A stretch of 57,824 bases of DNA from Lachnospira sp. (GTDB taxonomy: Bacteria > Bacillota > Clostridia > Lachnospirales > Lachnospiraceae): positions 1 to 57,824 of the forward strand of contig JAQUVV010000001.1 of NCBI GenBank assembly GCA_028693195.1, in the 5' to 3' direction. A model generated the notes under the pieces. It saw only the letters and a list, made by a program, of their open reading frames with translations. It made no database searches and was not told the origin of the DNA. Positions 1-8,894 of the stretch are shown piece after piece. Both the position numbers and the translations under genes were made by a program. Every line of letters begins with the position of its first letter. The first letter of the stretch is position 1.

Positions 1-1
1 C

Positions 2-262
2 ATGTTTCACGGAGAAGAAGAAAATATAACGCTGCGCTGTGAGAACAGCATGGCCGGTATTATCATTGATCGTTTTGGAAAGGAAGTCCCTCTTCGCAAG
101 GATGGTGATGAATATTTTACGGCTCGTGTAAAGGTGGCAGTCAGTCACCAGTTCTATGGATGGGTGGTTGGTCTGGGAACAGGGATACAAATTGCTGCCC
201 CAGAAAAAATAAAAGCAGATTATAAGGAATATCTAAAACACATTATAAGTGTTCTTCATTGA
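2..262 (+). CDS. WYL-domain transcriptional regulator, C-terminal (WCX-like) part; gene starts upstream of the window
   Basis: 'IIDRFGKEV...FTARVKVAVSHQFYGWVVGLGTGIQIAAPE' matches the typical C-terminus of Firmicute WYL proteins. Confidence 0.75.
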   Translation: MFHGEEENITLRCENSMAGIIIDRFGKEVPLRKDGDEYFTARVKVAVSHQFYGWVVGLGTGIQIAAPEKIKADYKEYLKHIISVLH

Positions 263-379
263 AAGAAATCTGAATTCCAGCTATTCTGAGCCGTATTACT
301 TTTCGAATTTGACCCACTGTGCTAAACTAAAGGTAATACACAGAATGTATAAAAATATTTCAGAAAGCGAGTTTTGTTT

Positions 380-1258
380 ATGTTACAAGATATTGCACCA
401 CACCAATTTCACAATGAATATACCCCACGTTCACCCAAAAATGATGACATTGTAATGACATTTCACCACAATCAGCCATTATTCTATATGGCTCATGAGA
501 CACCGGCTCTTCCAACCTTTGCGCAAATGAAGAATCTAATTCCTACTACTTGTGAGAAATTAATCTATCTGTTCGAAATAGACCAGATAGGATTCTTTAT
601 GGTTCCTACTGTAAAAGCAATGGAAGAAGACGATAACATTAGCTTTAAAAATAACCAGGTGACTGACTTTTCTTTTGGCTCTATGAGAGAGTTTCGCCAT
701 TTTAAGCCTGTATGGATGGGCTTTGCAGGTGTATCCGCGGGACAGCTGTATCGCTGGTATCGCAGCAATCGATTCTGCGGAGTCTGTGGACATCCTATGG
801 AACTGCACGATACAGAACGCGCTATGCATTGTCCTGTCTGCGGCTATGTGGATTATCCCAAAATCTGTCCTGCGATTATTGTGGGAATTATTGACCCCGC
901 AACGGACCGTATTATGCTAACTAAATATGCCAACCGCACTTTCACACGCTATGCACTGATTGCAGGCTTCACAGAATTTGGAGAGACACTAGAAGACACC
1001 GTACATAGAGAAGTTATGGAAGAAGTAGGCTTGAAAGTTAAAAACATCCGCTACTATAAGAACCAGCCCTGGGCGTTCTCCGAAAGTCTATTGGTTGGAT
1101 TCTTCGCCGAGTTGGACGGGGATAGTTCTATAACTTTAGATACGAACGAATTGGCTGTGGGTGAGTGGAAAAAGCGAGAAGAAATTCCAGATGATGAAGA
1201 GAATAGCTTGAGCTTGACTTACACTATGATGAAAGCATTCAAGGACGGAGAAGTATAA
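380..1258 (+). CDS. nudC: NAD(+)/NADH pyrophosphatase (Nudix)
   Basis: Zn ribbon CGVCG..CPVCG, Nudix box GFTEFGETLEDTVHREVMEEVGL, NudC signature NQPWAFSESL; ATG at 380 follows a purine-rich RBS. Confidence 0.9.
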   Translation: MLQDIAPHQFHNEYTPRSPKNDDIVMTFHHNQPLFYMAHETPALPTFAQMKNLIPTTCEKLIYLFEIDQIGFFMVPTVKAMEEDDNISFKNNQVTDFSFGSMREFRHFKPVWMGFAGVSAGQLYRWYRSNRFCGVCGHPMELHDTERAMHCPVCGYVDYPKICPAIIVGIIDPATDRIMLTKYANRTFTRYALIAGFTEFGETLEDTVHREVMEEVGLKVKNIRYYKNQPWAFSESLLVGFFAELDGDSSITLDTNELAVGEWKKREEIPDDEENSLSLTYTMMKAFKDGEV

Positions 1259-1272
1259 TCTTCCCCGTCCTT
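1241..1272. terminator. Hairpin between convergent genes
   Basis: AAGGACGGAGAAG / CTTCCCCGTCCTT inverted repeat overlapping the nudC stop. Confidence 0.6.
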
Positions 1273-1278
1273 GCTACT

Positions 1279-1380
1279 TTATATGAATAAAATACAGCCC
1301 CAAATGATTGCCGATGTAATCGCACCTATACTGATTGCTGTAAAGTCCATATTTCTTGTTGCTCTTTTTATTGTTTTCAT
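1279..1380 (-). CDS. 33-aa single-TM small protein (MKTIKRATRNMDFTAISIGAITSAIIWGCILFI)
   Basis: AGAAGGAGG RBS 7 nt before ATG, basic N-terminus then a hydrophobic helix, followed by a hairpin; below the ORF-track cutoff. Confidence 0.65.
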   Translation of the reverse strand: MKTIKRATRNMDFTAISIGAITSAIIWGCILFI

Positions 1381-1543
1381 AATATAGCCTCCTTCTGCAA
1401 ATGGGCACGTTAATTTCTGTGCTCTTTTCGTTGCCTATGACTATATTATGCGCTTTTGAAAGTCCTATAAAACGTACTTTTTTCCACGGTTTCTCGTCTT
1501 TATACGAAATTGTTACTCACCGCCTATAGCGGCTGGAGTCATC

Positions 1544-2638
1544 TCACATCTGATATATGACATACTGGCGTTTACCATCTTTTTTTGCTTGATACAACGC
1601 TTGATCTGCCTTTTGATACATTTCCATAAAAGTTGTATTCTGATTTCTATTCTGTACAATTCCAATACTACAGCTAATCTGCTCATCCCCATACTCTTTA
1701 AATATATTCTTTACCTGTACATTAATCTGTTTTGCCTTATCCTCTGCCACAGTTACATTTTCAATATCTCGCATAAGAATCAGAAATTCATCTCCGCCAA
1801 TTCGCCCTACAATATCCTGCGTCCGAAAAATCTGTTTCAGAACTACTCCTATCTGAACTAATACAATATCTCCACATTGATGTCCATATGTATCATTGAT
1901 GTGCTTAAAATCATCAATGTCCAGCATGATAACTACACAGTTGGTTATTGGATGATTGTATTCTAGATACCGTTGACAGGATGCCTGCGTACTAATCTTG
2001 TTGAGCAATCCTGTCAAACCATCAATCTGTACCTCCACCTTCAACAATAATGTAGCCTGCATACTTGCCAGATGAAGATTCCGTATGTAGTAGATAAACA
2101 CCGCACTTAATGCAAATCCAACCACCGCATTCATCAAATCAACATTCATAATACTCGGATCATCTGCCTTAACCACCGCAGTTACAAAACCAAATATAAC
2201 GCAGGCTATCGCAGATGTCCCAATGGATATAATTGGACGCTCCACATAGAGCAATGGAACTACAATCAGCATCATAAAAAAGAACACAGCCCGATCATGA
2301 GGACTATAGTAAGTACCACTTACAATAACTAGCATAAACGTAAAGGTTTCAAAAAGGTAATACATAGCCCTTGTATGTTCTTTATGGTTCACTATACCCC
2401 AATAGACAACCAGCGTAAGCAGGCCATAGACAAACCCCGCACGTATAAACAATCGAATTATTGCAGAAGAAAAAGATGCATTCCAGGAGGTTCCCACTGC
2501 AAGCGCAAAACAGAAAAAAGTCATAAACGTATATGCCGTCTTCACCGTTTCATAATTAGTTTCATTTAGCCATTCCCGATTATCTTTATAAAAATCGTAT
2601 GATACTCGTCCATTTACCAAATGATAGATAATCTTCAT
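1544..2638 (-). CDS. Membrane-bound diguanylate cyclase
   Basis: About 6 N-terminal TM segments; DGLTGLLN, DIDDFKHINDTYGH, I-site RTQD and GGDEF. Confidence 0.92.
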   Translation of the reverse strand: MKIIYHLVNGRVSYDFYKDNREWLNETNYETVKTAYTFMTFFCFALAVGTSWNASFSSAIIRLFIRAGFVYGLLTLVVYWGIVNHKEHTRAMYYLFETFTFMLVIVSGTYYSPHDRAVFFFMMLIVVPLLYVERPIISIGTSAIACVIFGFVTAVVKADDPSIMNVDLMNAVVGFALSAVFIYYIRNLHLASMQATLLLKVEVQIDGLTGLLNKISTQASCQRYLEYNHPITNCVVIMLDIDDFKHINDTYGHQCGDIVLVQIGVVLKQIFRTQDIVGRIGGDEFLILMRDIENVTVAEDKAKQINVQVKNIFKEYGDEQISCSIGIVQNRNQNTTFMEMYQKADQALYQAKKDGKRQYVIYQM

Positions 2639-2805
2639 ATGCTCACATCCTTTGTCAATAAAAGTACGATCTATAGTATACTCTTATTATACTTTTTTTC
2701 TCATAACAAAACAATTGTACAAATGACATACTAATTCGTCCCTTGCCAACATTTTTTGAAGCAAGTATAATGTAGAAAATAAATCTACTCTTTGGAGGAT
2801 TACCT

Positions 2806-3828
2806 ATGAAATACAAATCACGGATTGAACGCATTCTGGTACAGGCTTTTAAGATTGCTTTAGGCTCCAGCATTGCTATGTATATTGCCACCATTCTAGG
2901 ATTACAGTTTGCCACATCCGCTGGAATCATTACTCTTTTGACTATTGTCACTACGAAATGGGAGACATTAAAGCTGTCCCTTTTTCGACTTCTCACATTT
3001 TTTATTAGTGTAGCTTTTGCCTGGCTTTGTTTTAATCATATTCCAAGCCAATGGATTGCTTTTGGAATGTATCTCCTTCTGTGTGTTATACTCTGCGAGG
3101 GCATGGGCTGGCGGGTTACCCTATCGGTAAATGCCGTAATTGGTACTCATTTCATGTCTACCCACGACTTTTCGCTTAATTTTATCACCAATGAATTCTT
3201 ACTGGTAATTATCGGAGTTGTCATTGCGATTCTATTGAACCTAGTGAATAACAACAGCAGTCTGCACAGCAAATTAATGCATAATATGAAATACACAGAG
3301 AATCATTTTCAGACCATATTTTCAGAACTAGGGGATTATCTGGCAGAGAAGAAAACCGATGCAAATGTATGGATTGATCTTAATCAATTGGAAGAACACC
3401 TGACACTTTTTGTAGAACAGGCTTATGAATATCAAAATAATACCTTTCGCTCTCACCCTGGCTATTATATACACTATTTTGAGATGCGTAAGGAGCAGTG
3501 CAACACCCTCCATAACCTTCATTCTCAGATCAGAAAGATTCGCTCTTTTCCGATTCAGGCTCATATTGTAGCGGAGTATCTGGACTACCTTTCTATACAT
3601 ATTCATGAGATGAATCTGCCGGAAGCCCAGATTGAAAAGTTACATATTCTCTGGGAAAATATAAAACAGCAGGAACTCCCAAAAACTCACGAAGAGTTTG
3701 AAAGTCGTGCTGTTTTATACCACGTATTGATGGATCTAGAAGAATTTCTATTATACAAAAAACACTTTATCGAATCTTTAGACCATGTTCATTTTGAAAT
3801 CTATTGGGATGGAACCGAGAGGAAGTAA
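2806..3828 (+). CDS. Aromatic acid exporter (ArAE/FUSC-like) family protein
   Basis: 'KIALGSSIAMYIA..LGL..ATSAGIITLL' N-terminal TM domain; C-terminal 'YFEMR..Q', 'LPKTHEEFESRAVLY'. Confidence 0.8.
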   Translation: MKYKSRIERILVQAFKIALGSSIAMYIATILGLQFATSAGIITLLTIVTTKWETLKLSLFRLLTFFISVAFAWLCFNHIPSQWIAFGMYLLLCVILCEGMGWRVTLSVNAVIGTHFMSTHDFSLNFITNEFLLVIIGVVIAILLNLVNNNSSLHSKLMHNMKYTENHFQTIFSELGDYLAEKKTDANVWIDLNQLEEHLTLFVEQAYEYQNNTFRSHPGYYIHYFEMRKEQCNTLHNLHSQIRKIRSFPIQAHIVAEYLDYLSIHIHEMNLPEAQIEKLHILWENIKQQELPKTHEEFESRAVLYHVLMDLEEFLLYKKHFIESLDHVHFEIYWDGTERK

Positions 3829-3843
3829 TCTGACTTCTTCTCG
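3816..3843. terminator. Hairpin between convergent genes
   Basis: CGAGAGGAAGT / ACTTCTTCTCG. Confidence 0.5.
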
Positions 3844-3880
3844 ATTTCAATATGTCATTACTTACGCTCTATCCCCACAA

Positions 3881-4441
3881 CTATACCGTGAGCATAGCAT
3901 CTGCGAAGGACATCCGTTCTCTCATAAATGATTTCAGCATCTGGAAAGCTTTAATCTTTGGGGATTCAGTAGAAAATGCTTTGGAGATATCTGCAAACTT
4001 GCACTTCTTCTCTGCAGCCATCATAGTTAACTGACGGTTTAATTCTTCCGGATGTATTTCTTCACGGTTGCTGCATACAGAAACCAGCACAACCTCACAG
4101 TGTTTTGCATTGCGTTTAATCTCGTCAATGAGACTGCTGTACGCCTCTACAATCTCTGGCAGTGTATGGAAACCACATTCCAAATCTGTTTCCCCCAAAT
4201 TCAATAATACTCTCCTTGGGTGTAAGGCATACACGCAAGTACCCAGTAATTCTTTGGCATCAAATACAGACAAGTCTACAATACTGCGATTGTATATATT
4301 AGAACTAATCTCCATAGACTGTCTCAATTCATACACTGGAATATCCTTGGCAAATGAAGAGCCTAAAATTACCACTCCATTTTCAATGGCCAGCTGGTTT
4401 AAATCCTCATAATTTCTCTGTTCTCTTTCATAAATCTTCAT
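3881..4441 (-). CDS. SGNH/GDSL-like hydrolase family protein
   Basis: 'VVILGSSF', 'IYNRSI', 'VLLNLGETD' resemble SGNH blocks I-III; block V His not evident; AGGAG RBS before ATG 4441. Confidence 0.6.
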   Translation of the reverse strand: MKIYEREQRNYEDLNQLAIENGVVILGSSFAKDIPVYELRQSMEISSNIYNRSIVDLSVFDAKELLGTCVYALHPRRVLLNLGETDLECGFHTLPEIVEAYSSLIDEIKRNAKHCEVVLVSVCSNREEIHPEELNRQLTMMAAEKKCKFADISKAFSTESPKIKAFQMLKSFMRERMSFADAMLTV

Positions 4442-4452
4442 ATGCACTTCTC

Positions 4453-4830
4453 CTATTCTGCTAAAGCTTCCACCTTGTTTTTTTTGTTGCTATTAAAGAT
4501 ATTTCTATCCATTACTTTTACAGTCTGGCTATCCAGCATTTTGTTGCGATAGTAGATTACAATTCCACAACTTACCATAGCAATATTTACTACATAGAAG
4601 AACATCACATACCATGGAACCGTTACATACCAGGCTTGTTCTGAATGCATACTAATCATTACGAATTTACCGATAAAAGCAAACACATATCCAATCCAGA
4701 TGAAGAAATAGAATAATACGCTTGTTCCTTTTGCAGTTTTTGCTTTCCACGCCTTTGCAATATTAAGCGGCCATGAAATTCCAAAACATACCACCATCAT
4801 CATTTCCATAATATTTGCTACAGTTCCCAT
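4453..4830 (-). CDS. Small 3-TM membrane protein, PQ-loop/SemiSWEET-like
   Basis: 'CFGISWPLNIAKAWKAKTAKGTS..F' pattern and three hydrophobic helices. Confidence 0.55.
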   Translation of the reverse strand: MGTVANIMEMMMVVCFGISWPLNIAKAWKAKTAKGTSVLFYFFIWIGYVFAFIGKFVMISMHSEQAWYVTVPWYVMFFYVVNIAMVSCGIVIYYRNKMLDSQTVKVMDRNIFNSNKKNKVEALAE

Positions 4831-5017
4831 ATCATTCTCCTTTTTTATCCCTTGTTTTTCATTGCTTTTGTTACAATTGAATTATAGTTCACATTGAAAA
4901 GGCATACAATCATAGGAACATTTTGAAAACAATACGTAATTTAACTAAATCAAAGCACTTCTTTTCCACTTTTTTTACTTACATAAGCCCACTTTCTAGA
5001 CAAATTTTCTAGCCACA

Positions 5018-5046
5018 TTGTTGATCCCTCAATGAGATGCTATAAT
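5018..5046 (+). promoter_or_regulatory. sigma-A promoter of the two-component system
   Basis: TTGTTG-17 bp-TATAAT with extended -10 TG. Confidence 0.6.
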
Positions 5047-5077
5047 GAGCATATAGTAGATACCGAAAGGAGCTTTT

Positions 5078-6697
5078 ATGCCACTTCAGAAAAGACATAG
5101 ATCCAGTGATATCCAAAAAGACATTTTTTATAATCTAATAATTCTGGTCCTGATTTCTACCATCTTAGTTGGTTGTATCAGTGTGATTGTAAATGTACGC
5201 TCCGAGAGTCAATATCTGGATTCCAATCTGCAGAACATGGCCAAGACCATTGCCGATTCGGTTCCAGTTCAAGAGGATTTATCCGCTGACAGTGATGACA
5301 CTTCAAATTATCTGCTGTTAACATATTTGAATTCTCTAAAGACTTCCCTTAGCAATATCGATGTCATCTCTGTGGTAGATCAAAATCAGATCCGCAGATA
5401 CCACTCCAACTCCTCCATGATCGGAACCGCCTATGATGGAACGGTTCCTACCTTTGGCAAAGACGGGCATCGCATTTATGTCACCAGTGATACTGGGCCT
5501 TCCGGTTCTCAACGGCGCGCCTATGCCCCCATCTATGATGAAGATGGAAACTATTTAGGCTTCGTAATTGCCGTTATGCTAAACGAAAATATTTACCACG
5601 TGATTATGAACACCATATGGGTGCATTTAATTGGATTTGCTGTAGTATTCTTATTTGCGCTAATGATTTCCCGTATGTTATCGCGTCGAATTAAGACCAA
5701 ATTATTAGGATATGAGCCCGACATCTTTAGTTCTATGTTTACTATCCGTAACAATGCTCTGGATTCTCTAAGCGAAGGAATCATTGCGGTTGGCCCTGAT
5801 GAGTTGATTATCTATTGCAATAAAGCAGTCAGCAGAATTCTTGAAAATGATATTTCTCTCATCGGAGGCAAGACTGAACAGCTCTCTACATCCTTTAGTA
5901 TGAAAAATGCGATTGCCACTGGAGAAGTGACTACCGGATTATCTGTACACCTTTCCCACGGTAAAGATGTTTTGGTAGATAAAGTTCCAATTATGGAAGA
6001 AGATCAGATTATTGGTGCCCTTTGTATTCTTCGAGACCGCACCGAATACACCAAGCTAATGGAAGACTTATCTGGTATTCAATACATCGTGGATTCTATG
6101 CGTGCAAATAATCATGATTTTATTAATAAGCTCCACGTTATCTTAGGGCTGATTCAGATGGGAAAAACCAGCGAAGCCTGTGAATACATTACCCATATTT
6201 CTTCCATCCAGCAGGCCATTCTTCAAAATATTGTAAAACATATTGAAGATCCTTCTGTAGCCGCTCTTTTAATCGGGAAATATGCCCAGGCTGCGGAATT
6301 AAACATCCAATTCTCTGTAGAAACAGGAAGTAGCCTGTCTCGAAGCGACATTTCTCTTCCTTCTGGAGATTTGGTTACCATTATTGGGAATCTCCTAGAC
6401 AATGCAATGGATTCTATTAACGAAAAAAGCAACCCTCCTAAGGAGGTGTCCATCGGTATCTATTCTCAACCCCACACCCTTCTTATTTCTGTGGATGATA
6501 CTGGTATGGGCATAGAAGAAGCAGATCAAGAACGGATTTTTGAAAAAGGGTTCACCACGAAAGGCAACAGTCATGGAACGGGTATGTATGTAGTGAAAAA
6601 TCTAGTAGACAAATTACAGGGAACGATTCAGATAGAGTCGGAAAAAGGCAACGGAACCTATATAACCGTTACCATTTCCCAGGAAAAGGAGGTTTAG
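5078..6697 (+). CDS. CitA/DcuS/MalK-family sensor histidine kinase
   Basis: TM-Cache-TM, PAS-like region, H-box 'RANNHDFINKLHVILGL', 'GNLLDNAMD', 'DDTGMGI', 'GFTTKG..HGTGM'. Confidence 0.92.
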   Translation: MPLQKRHRSSDIQKDIFYNLIILVLISTILVGCISVIVNVRSESQYLDSNLQNMAKTIADSVPVQEDLSADSDDTSNYLLLTYLNSLKTSLSNIDVISVVDQNQIRRYHSNSSMIGTAYDGTVPTFGKDGHRIYVTSDTGPSGSQRRAYAPIYDEDGNYLGFVIAVMLNENIYHVIMNTIWVHLIGFAVVFLFALMISRMLSRRIKTKLLGYEPDIFSSMFTIRNNALDSLSEGIIAVGPDELIIYCNKAVSRILENDISLIGGKTEQLSTSFSMKNAIATGEVTTGLSVHLSHGKDVLVDKVPIMEEDQIIGALCILRDRTEYTKLMEDLSGIQYIVDSMRANNHDFINKLHVILGLIQMGKTSEACEYITHISSIQQAILQNIVKHIEDPSVAALLIGKYAQAAELNIQFSVETGSSLSRSDISLPSGDLVTIIGNLLDNAMDSINEKSNPPKEVSIGIYSQPHTLLISVDDTGMGIEEADQERIFEKGFTTKGNSHGTGMYVVKNLVDKLQGTIQIESEKGNGTYITVTISQEKEV

Positions 6698-6699
6698 AA

Positions 6700-7371
6700 A
6701 TGTTTGAAGTATTGATTGTTGAAGATGATCCAATGGTTGCTATGATTAATAAACAATATGTCAGTCAGAACCCTCATTTCCACGTGGCTGACATCTGTAA
6801 AGATGGATTATCAGCCTTAGAGTATCTGAAAACACATCTTATCCACCTGGTCATCTTAGATGTATATATGCCACGCAGCAATGGCCTTACACTTCTCCAA
6901 GAGATGCGGGCAGAAAATATTGATGTTTCCGTGATTATGGTTACCGCTGCAAATGATACTGCCACTGTAGAACAGGCACTAAAACTTGGCATCGTAGACT
7001 ATTTGGTGAAGCCTTTTATGTCCGATCGTTTCCAGCAGGCCCTGGAAAAATACTTATTTATACAGCAGTCCATACAGCGAGTCACCACTTTCAGTCAAGA
7101 ACACATCGACACACTGGTAGGCTCCACTGGTGAAAAAGTACTAGAACAGCTACCAAAGGGTATACAGACTCAAACATTAGACGTGGTAGTGGATTATTTA
7201 AAAACTCATAAAAATCAAGAACACACGGCAGAAGAAATTGCCGATCAAATCGGCTTATCCCGGGTAACCATAAGACGGTATATGAATTATCTTCTGGAAA
7301 CCGGCAAAATTACTGGACAAATGAACTATGAAACTGGGGGAAGACCCTGTATGGTCTATCGACTGGGGTAA
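6700..7371 (+). CDS. CitB/DcuR/MalR-family response regulator
   Basis: 'LIVEDDPMVAMIN', 'LDVYMP', 'DYLVKPF', C-terminal 'SRVTIRRYMNYL..GRP'. Confidence 0.92.
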   Translation: MFEVLIVEDDPMVAMINKQYVSQNPHFHVADICKDGLSALEYLKTHLIHLVILDVYMPRSNGLTLLQEMRAENIDVSVIMVTAANDTATVEQALKLGIVDYLVKPFMSDRFQQALEKYLFIQQSIQRVTTFSQEHIDTLVGSTGEKVLEQLPKGIQTQTLDVVVDYLKTHKNQEHTAEEIADQIGLSRVTIRRYMNYLLETGKITGQMNYETGGRPCMVYRLG

Positions 7372-7385
7372 ATTCATTGACGTCC

Positions 7386-7424
7386 AAAAAGAACATTCTC
7401 CCGTCTCGGGAAAATGTTCTTTTT
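7386..7424. terminator. Bidirectional intrinsic terminator
   Basis: AAAAAGAACATT..CCCG TCT CGGG..AATGTTCTTTTT. Confidence 0.8.
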
Positions 7425-7468
7425 ATACTACATAATGATTATACTTTATTGTAAGAGTTCTTATATCC

Positions 7469-8707
7469 CTACACTATCCCAGTTACAATTCGTGCCACCA
7501 ACACAATAAAGAACAACGCAAATGGATAAGTCGCTGCATATGCGCTGGCTACATCTTCTGTTCCAGCTGTTTCAATTAATGCACCTAAAGCAGGTGTACT
7601 TGTCATTCCTCCCGTAATGGATCCCAGTGCATTGAATAAGCTCATGTGGAACACATATTTCCCAAGGAAATATCCAATTACCATTGGTACTAAAGTGATA
7701 ATAATTCCAAAGATAAAATATGAAAGCTTTACGTTCTTCATGAAGTTTACTCCACCCGGTACTCCTGCTCCAATTAAGAACAATACCAATCCAAGCTCTC
7801 TAAAGAAGTTCAGTGATTCTTTTTTTAGCCTGCAGTCAAATGGACCAATGTGGCCAAAATGTCCAATAATAAGTCCCGCTACCAGAGTTCCTCCTGAAGT
7901 TCCTAAGTTAAAGTTTATCACTGGAATTTTAATACTTCCAATGATACACCCCAGCATAATCGTTGCTGCAAATGGGAAGAAATCCATGCTATCTACTTTC
8001 ATAAGAAGTCGTTTTACAGGTGGAATCTCCACGGCATTAGCTGCCACAAAGGATTCTCTTTCTTTGGCAATATCAACCCTCAGAATTTTTGGAAGCAACT
8101 GTACGAAAATTACCACGCCTAGTACACCAAATAAATATCCAATCCCATACCCGGCCGCTACTTTATTTGGATCCGCTGCTACCTCTTTGGCCGCCGAGAA
8201 TCCCGGCGTACTGGTTAGTGCTCCTGTCATCAATCCAATAACAAGACTAGAATCTACATTCGGATCTTTGCTGAATATGATGATTGCAATAGATGCCAGC
8301 GTTCCCAGTGCAATAATAATTACACCCATTAAAATGTATCCCAGTGATTTCTTGTTAAATGTTCGGAAAAATTTTGGTCCTGCAATTAATCCAACGGCCG
8401 TTACAAACATCGCCGTACCCAGGCTGGCTACCAGGGCATACACTTCCTTACTGGAGCCTAAGATCGTTCCATCTGCTAATGTCTTAGCCTCTGGTAGATA
8501 AAGGGTAATATTTCGTCCCCCAATGGCAATAACTGGCACATAGCTGGCAAGAACACCAAATACCAGCGCAATTAAAAGAACACCTGCTGATCCCAATGAA
8601 ATTCCTTTCACCGTGACTCTTCCTACCAGATATCCAAGGGTCATTATGGCAAATACGATAAACACAACCGATAAAAGTGTTTGCGTAAGATTCCCCAAAT
8701 ATTCCAT
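7469..8707 (-). CDS. AspT/YidE/YbjL-family transporter without TrkA-C domains; probable succinate exporter
   Basis: Duplicated motif 'GALTSTPG' / 'GGMTSTPALG', 'AYAATYP'; last gene of the fumarate reductase cluster. Confidence 0.8.
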   Translation of the reverse strand: MEYLGNLTQTLLSVVFIVFAIMTLGYLVGRVTVKGISLGSAGVLLIALVFGVLASYVPVIAIGGRNITLYLPEAKTLADGTILGSSKEVYALVASLGTAMFVTAVGLIAGPKFFRTFNKKSLGYILMGVIIIALGTLASIAIIIFSKDPNVDSSLVIGLMTGALTSTPGFSAAKEVAADPNKVAAGYGIGYLFGVLGVVIFVQLLPKILRVDIAKERESFVAANAVEIPPVKRLLMKVDSMDFFPFAATIMLGCIIGSIKIPVINFNLGTSGGTLVAGLIIGHFGHIGPFDCRLKKESLNFFRELGLVLFLIGAGVPGGVNFMKNVKLSYFIFGIIITLVPMVIGYFLGKYVFHMSLFNALGSITGGMTSTPALGALIETAGTEDVASAYAATYPFALFFIVLVARIVTGIV

Positions 8708-8731
8708 GATTTATTTCCTCCATTCCTTCTT

Positions 8732-8888
8732 CAATTATGCCTTGGCATAATTGCTGCGAGCGGCTGTCAGCTTTGCTGACATAATACAGCTGAGCCGCTC
8801 TGCAATCCTGCGGTCGGCTTTATCTACTTACAAGATAAATCAAATCACGCAAAGATATCCCCTCGGTTACACCCGCGGGATATCTTTG
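8732..8888. other. Highly structured intergenic segment (four hairpins)
   Basis: CAATTATGCC-TT-GGCATAATTG; GAGCGGCT[GTCAGC-TTT-GCTGAC]...AGCCGCTC; TTTATCT/AGATAAA; CAAAGATATCCC/GGGATATCTTTG. Confidence 0.6.
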
Positions 8889-8894
8889 GTGTTC

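Noticed and set aside
2655-2996. 113-aa minus-strand ORF
   Set aside because: Overlaps the exporter gene antisense and the divergent promoter region
7617-8501. 294-aa plus-strand ORF
   Set aside because: Antisense shadow of the AspT/YidE transporter; no RBS or recognisable motifs
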